A stretch of DNA of 64,000 bases from Azolla caroliniana (lineage: Eukaryota > Plantae > Polypodiophyta), in assembly GCA_043228905.1 (NCBI GenBank), contig JBHGNT010000001.1:10416001-10480000 (forward strand), given 5' to 3'. The notes below the pieces were generated by a model, which was given only the letters and a program-made list of their open reading frames with translations, had not been told where the DNA came from and searched no databases. The translations under genes were made by a program, and so were the position numbers. Shown one piece after another: positions 63,020-64,000 of this stretch (positions within the stretch are counted from its first letter, which is position 1; each line of letters begins with the position of its first letter).

Positions 63020-64000
63020 AATTTTGGATAAGGATGAGTGATGAGGGTGTTGAGGGCTATAACAGATTTGATGAGCAGGTGAGGAGAGTGGTGTCACTTT
63101 GTTTTTGTAGGTACACAATTTTGGTGGTAAATCAATGTGAGTGAGATTGTTGATGTCAATTTATGAAGCACAATTCATTTTTTATAAGGATGAGTGATTG
63201 TGGTGTGGGGGTTGAAGCATAGTCTCTTGAGAAGACTAGACTCAATAAATATTTGTATGTACAGGATTTTGGTGATAATCAGCGAGATGTTTGATGTGGA
63301 ATTGATGAAGAAGAATGTATGTTTTTGATAAGGATGAGTGATAAGGCTATGGGGGGCGAAGCATATTCTCATGAGGAGATGAGGAAACAAGACTCATTGT
63401 ATTGTTGTATGTACAAGATTTTTTGGTGGTATTCGGCGAGATGATTGATGTGGACTTAACGAAGCAAATTTCATGGTTTGGATAAGGATGAGTGATGATG
63501 GTGTGGAGGCCGAAACATATTCTCATGAGAAGAAGAGGAATTTAAACTCATTTTATTGTCTCTGTGCAGGAATTTGGTGGTAATCTGCAAGATGGTTGAT
63601 GTGGACTTCACGAAGCAATTTGTATGTTTTTGATAAGGATGAGTGATGATGGTGTGGGGGGGCGAAGCATAAGCTCATGAGGAGAGGAGAAAATTGACTT
63701 AATGTGTTGTTGTATGACAGGAAGTTGGTGGTAACTGACGAGATGGTTGATGTGGAAAGAGGAAGCATATTTGTTGAGTTGACAATATAATGTATTGGAT
63801 CACCTTCCAATTTGTGATGTATAGGAAGTTGGTGGTAACTGGTGAGATGGTTGATGTGGAAAGAGGAAGCATATTTGTTGAGTTGACGGTATAATGTATT
63901 GGATCGCCTTCCAATTTGTGATGTATAGGAAGTTGGTGGTAACCGATGAGATGGTTGATGTGGAAAGAGGAAGCATATTTTTTGAGTTGACCGTATAATG
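63020..64000. repeat. Tandem repeat array: diverged ~145-155 bp units grading into near-identical 104-bp units that run off the window
   Basis: ATAAGGATGAGTGAT at ~63028, 63184, 63328, 63482, 63633; GGAAGTTGGTGGTAAC at 63720, 63824, 63928. Confidence 0.9.

Overview
Eukaryotic land-plant nuclear DNA. The large AT-rich intergenic space, PLS-type PPR debris and gene style suggest a non-seed plant such as a fern; this is inference, not a database result. 1-12.2 kb is a three-tier nest of LTR retrotransposons: Copia A inside Gypsy-1, with Gypsy-1 and Gypsy-2 inside Copia B. All three Gypsy copies in the window have a tRNA-Trp primer-binding site. 12.4-22.6 kb holds two divergently oriented PPR pseudogene fragments. 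Between them lie an LTR remnant, a decayed Sola1-like DDD transposon and its non-autonomous derivative; a hAT MITE interrupts the left PPR fragment. Three intact host genes are present: an intronless group-IX AP2/ERF (32896-34494 +), an 8-exon mitochondrial basic amino acid carrier of BAC1 type (41484-45465 +) and a 2-exon class II HD-Zip (52284-49228 -). A candidate spliced non-coding transcript (about 38300-36200 -) lies head-to-head with BAC1, separated from it by a truncated third Gypsy copy. The most striking unannotated pattern is three independent ~180-240 bp tandem duplications whose junctions carry short fillers copied from nearby sequence. No CRISPR array, rRNA or convincing tRNA gene was seen.
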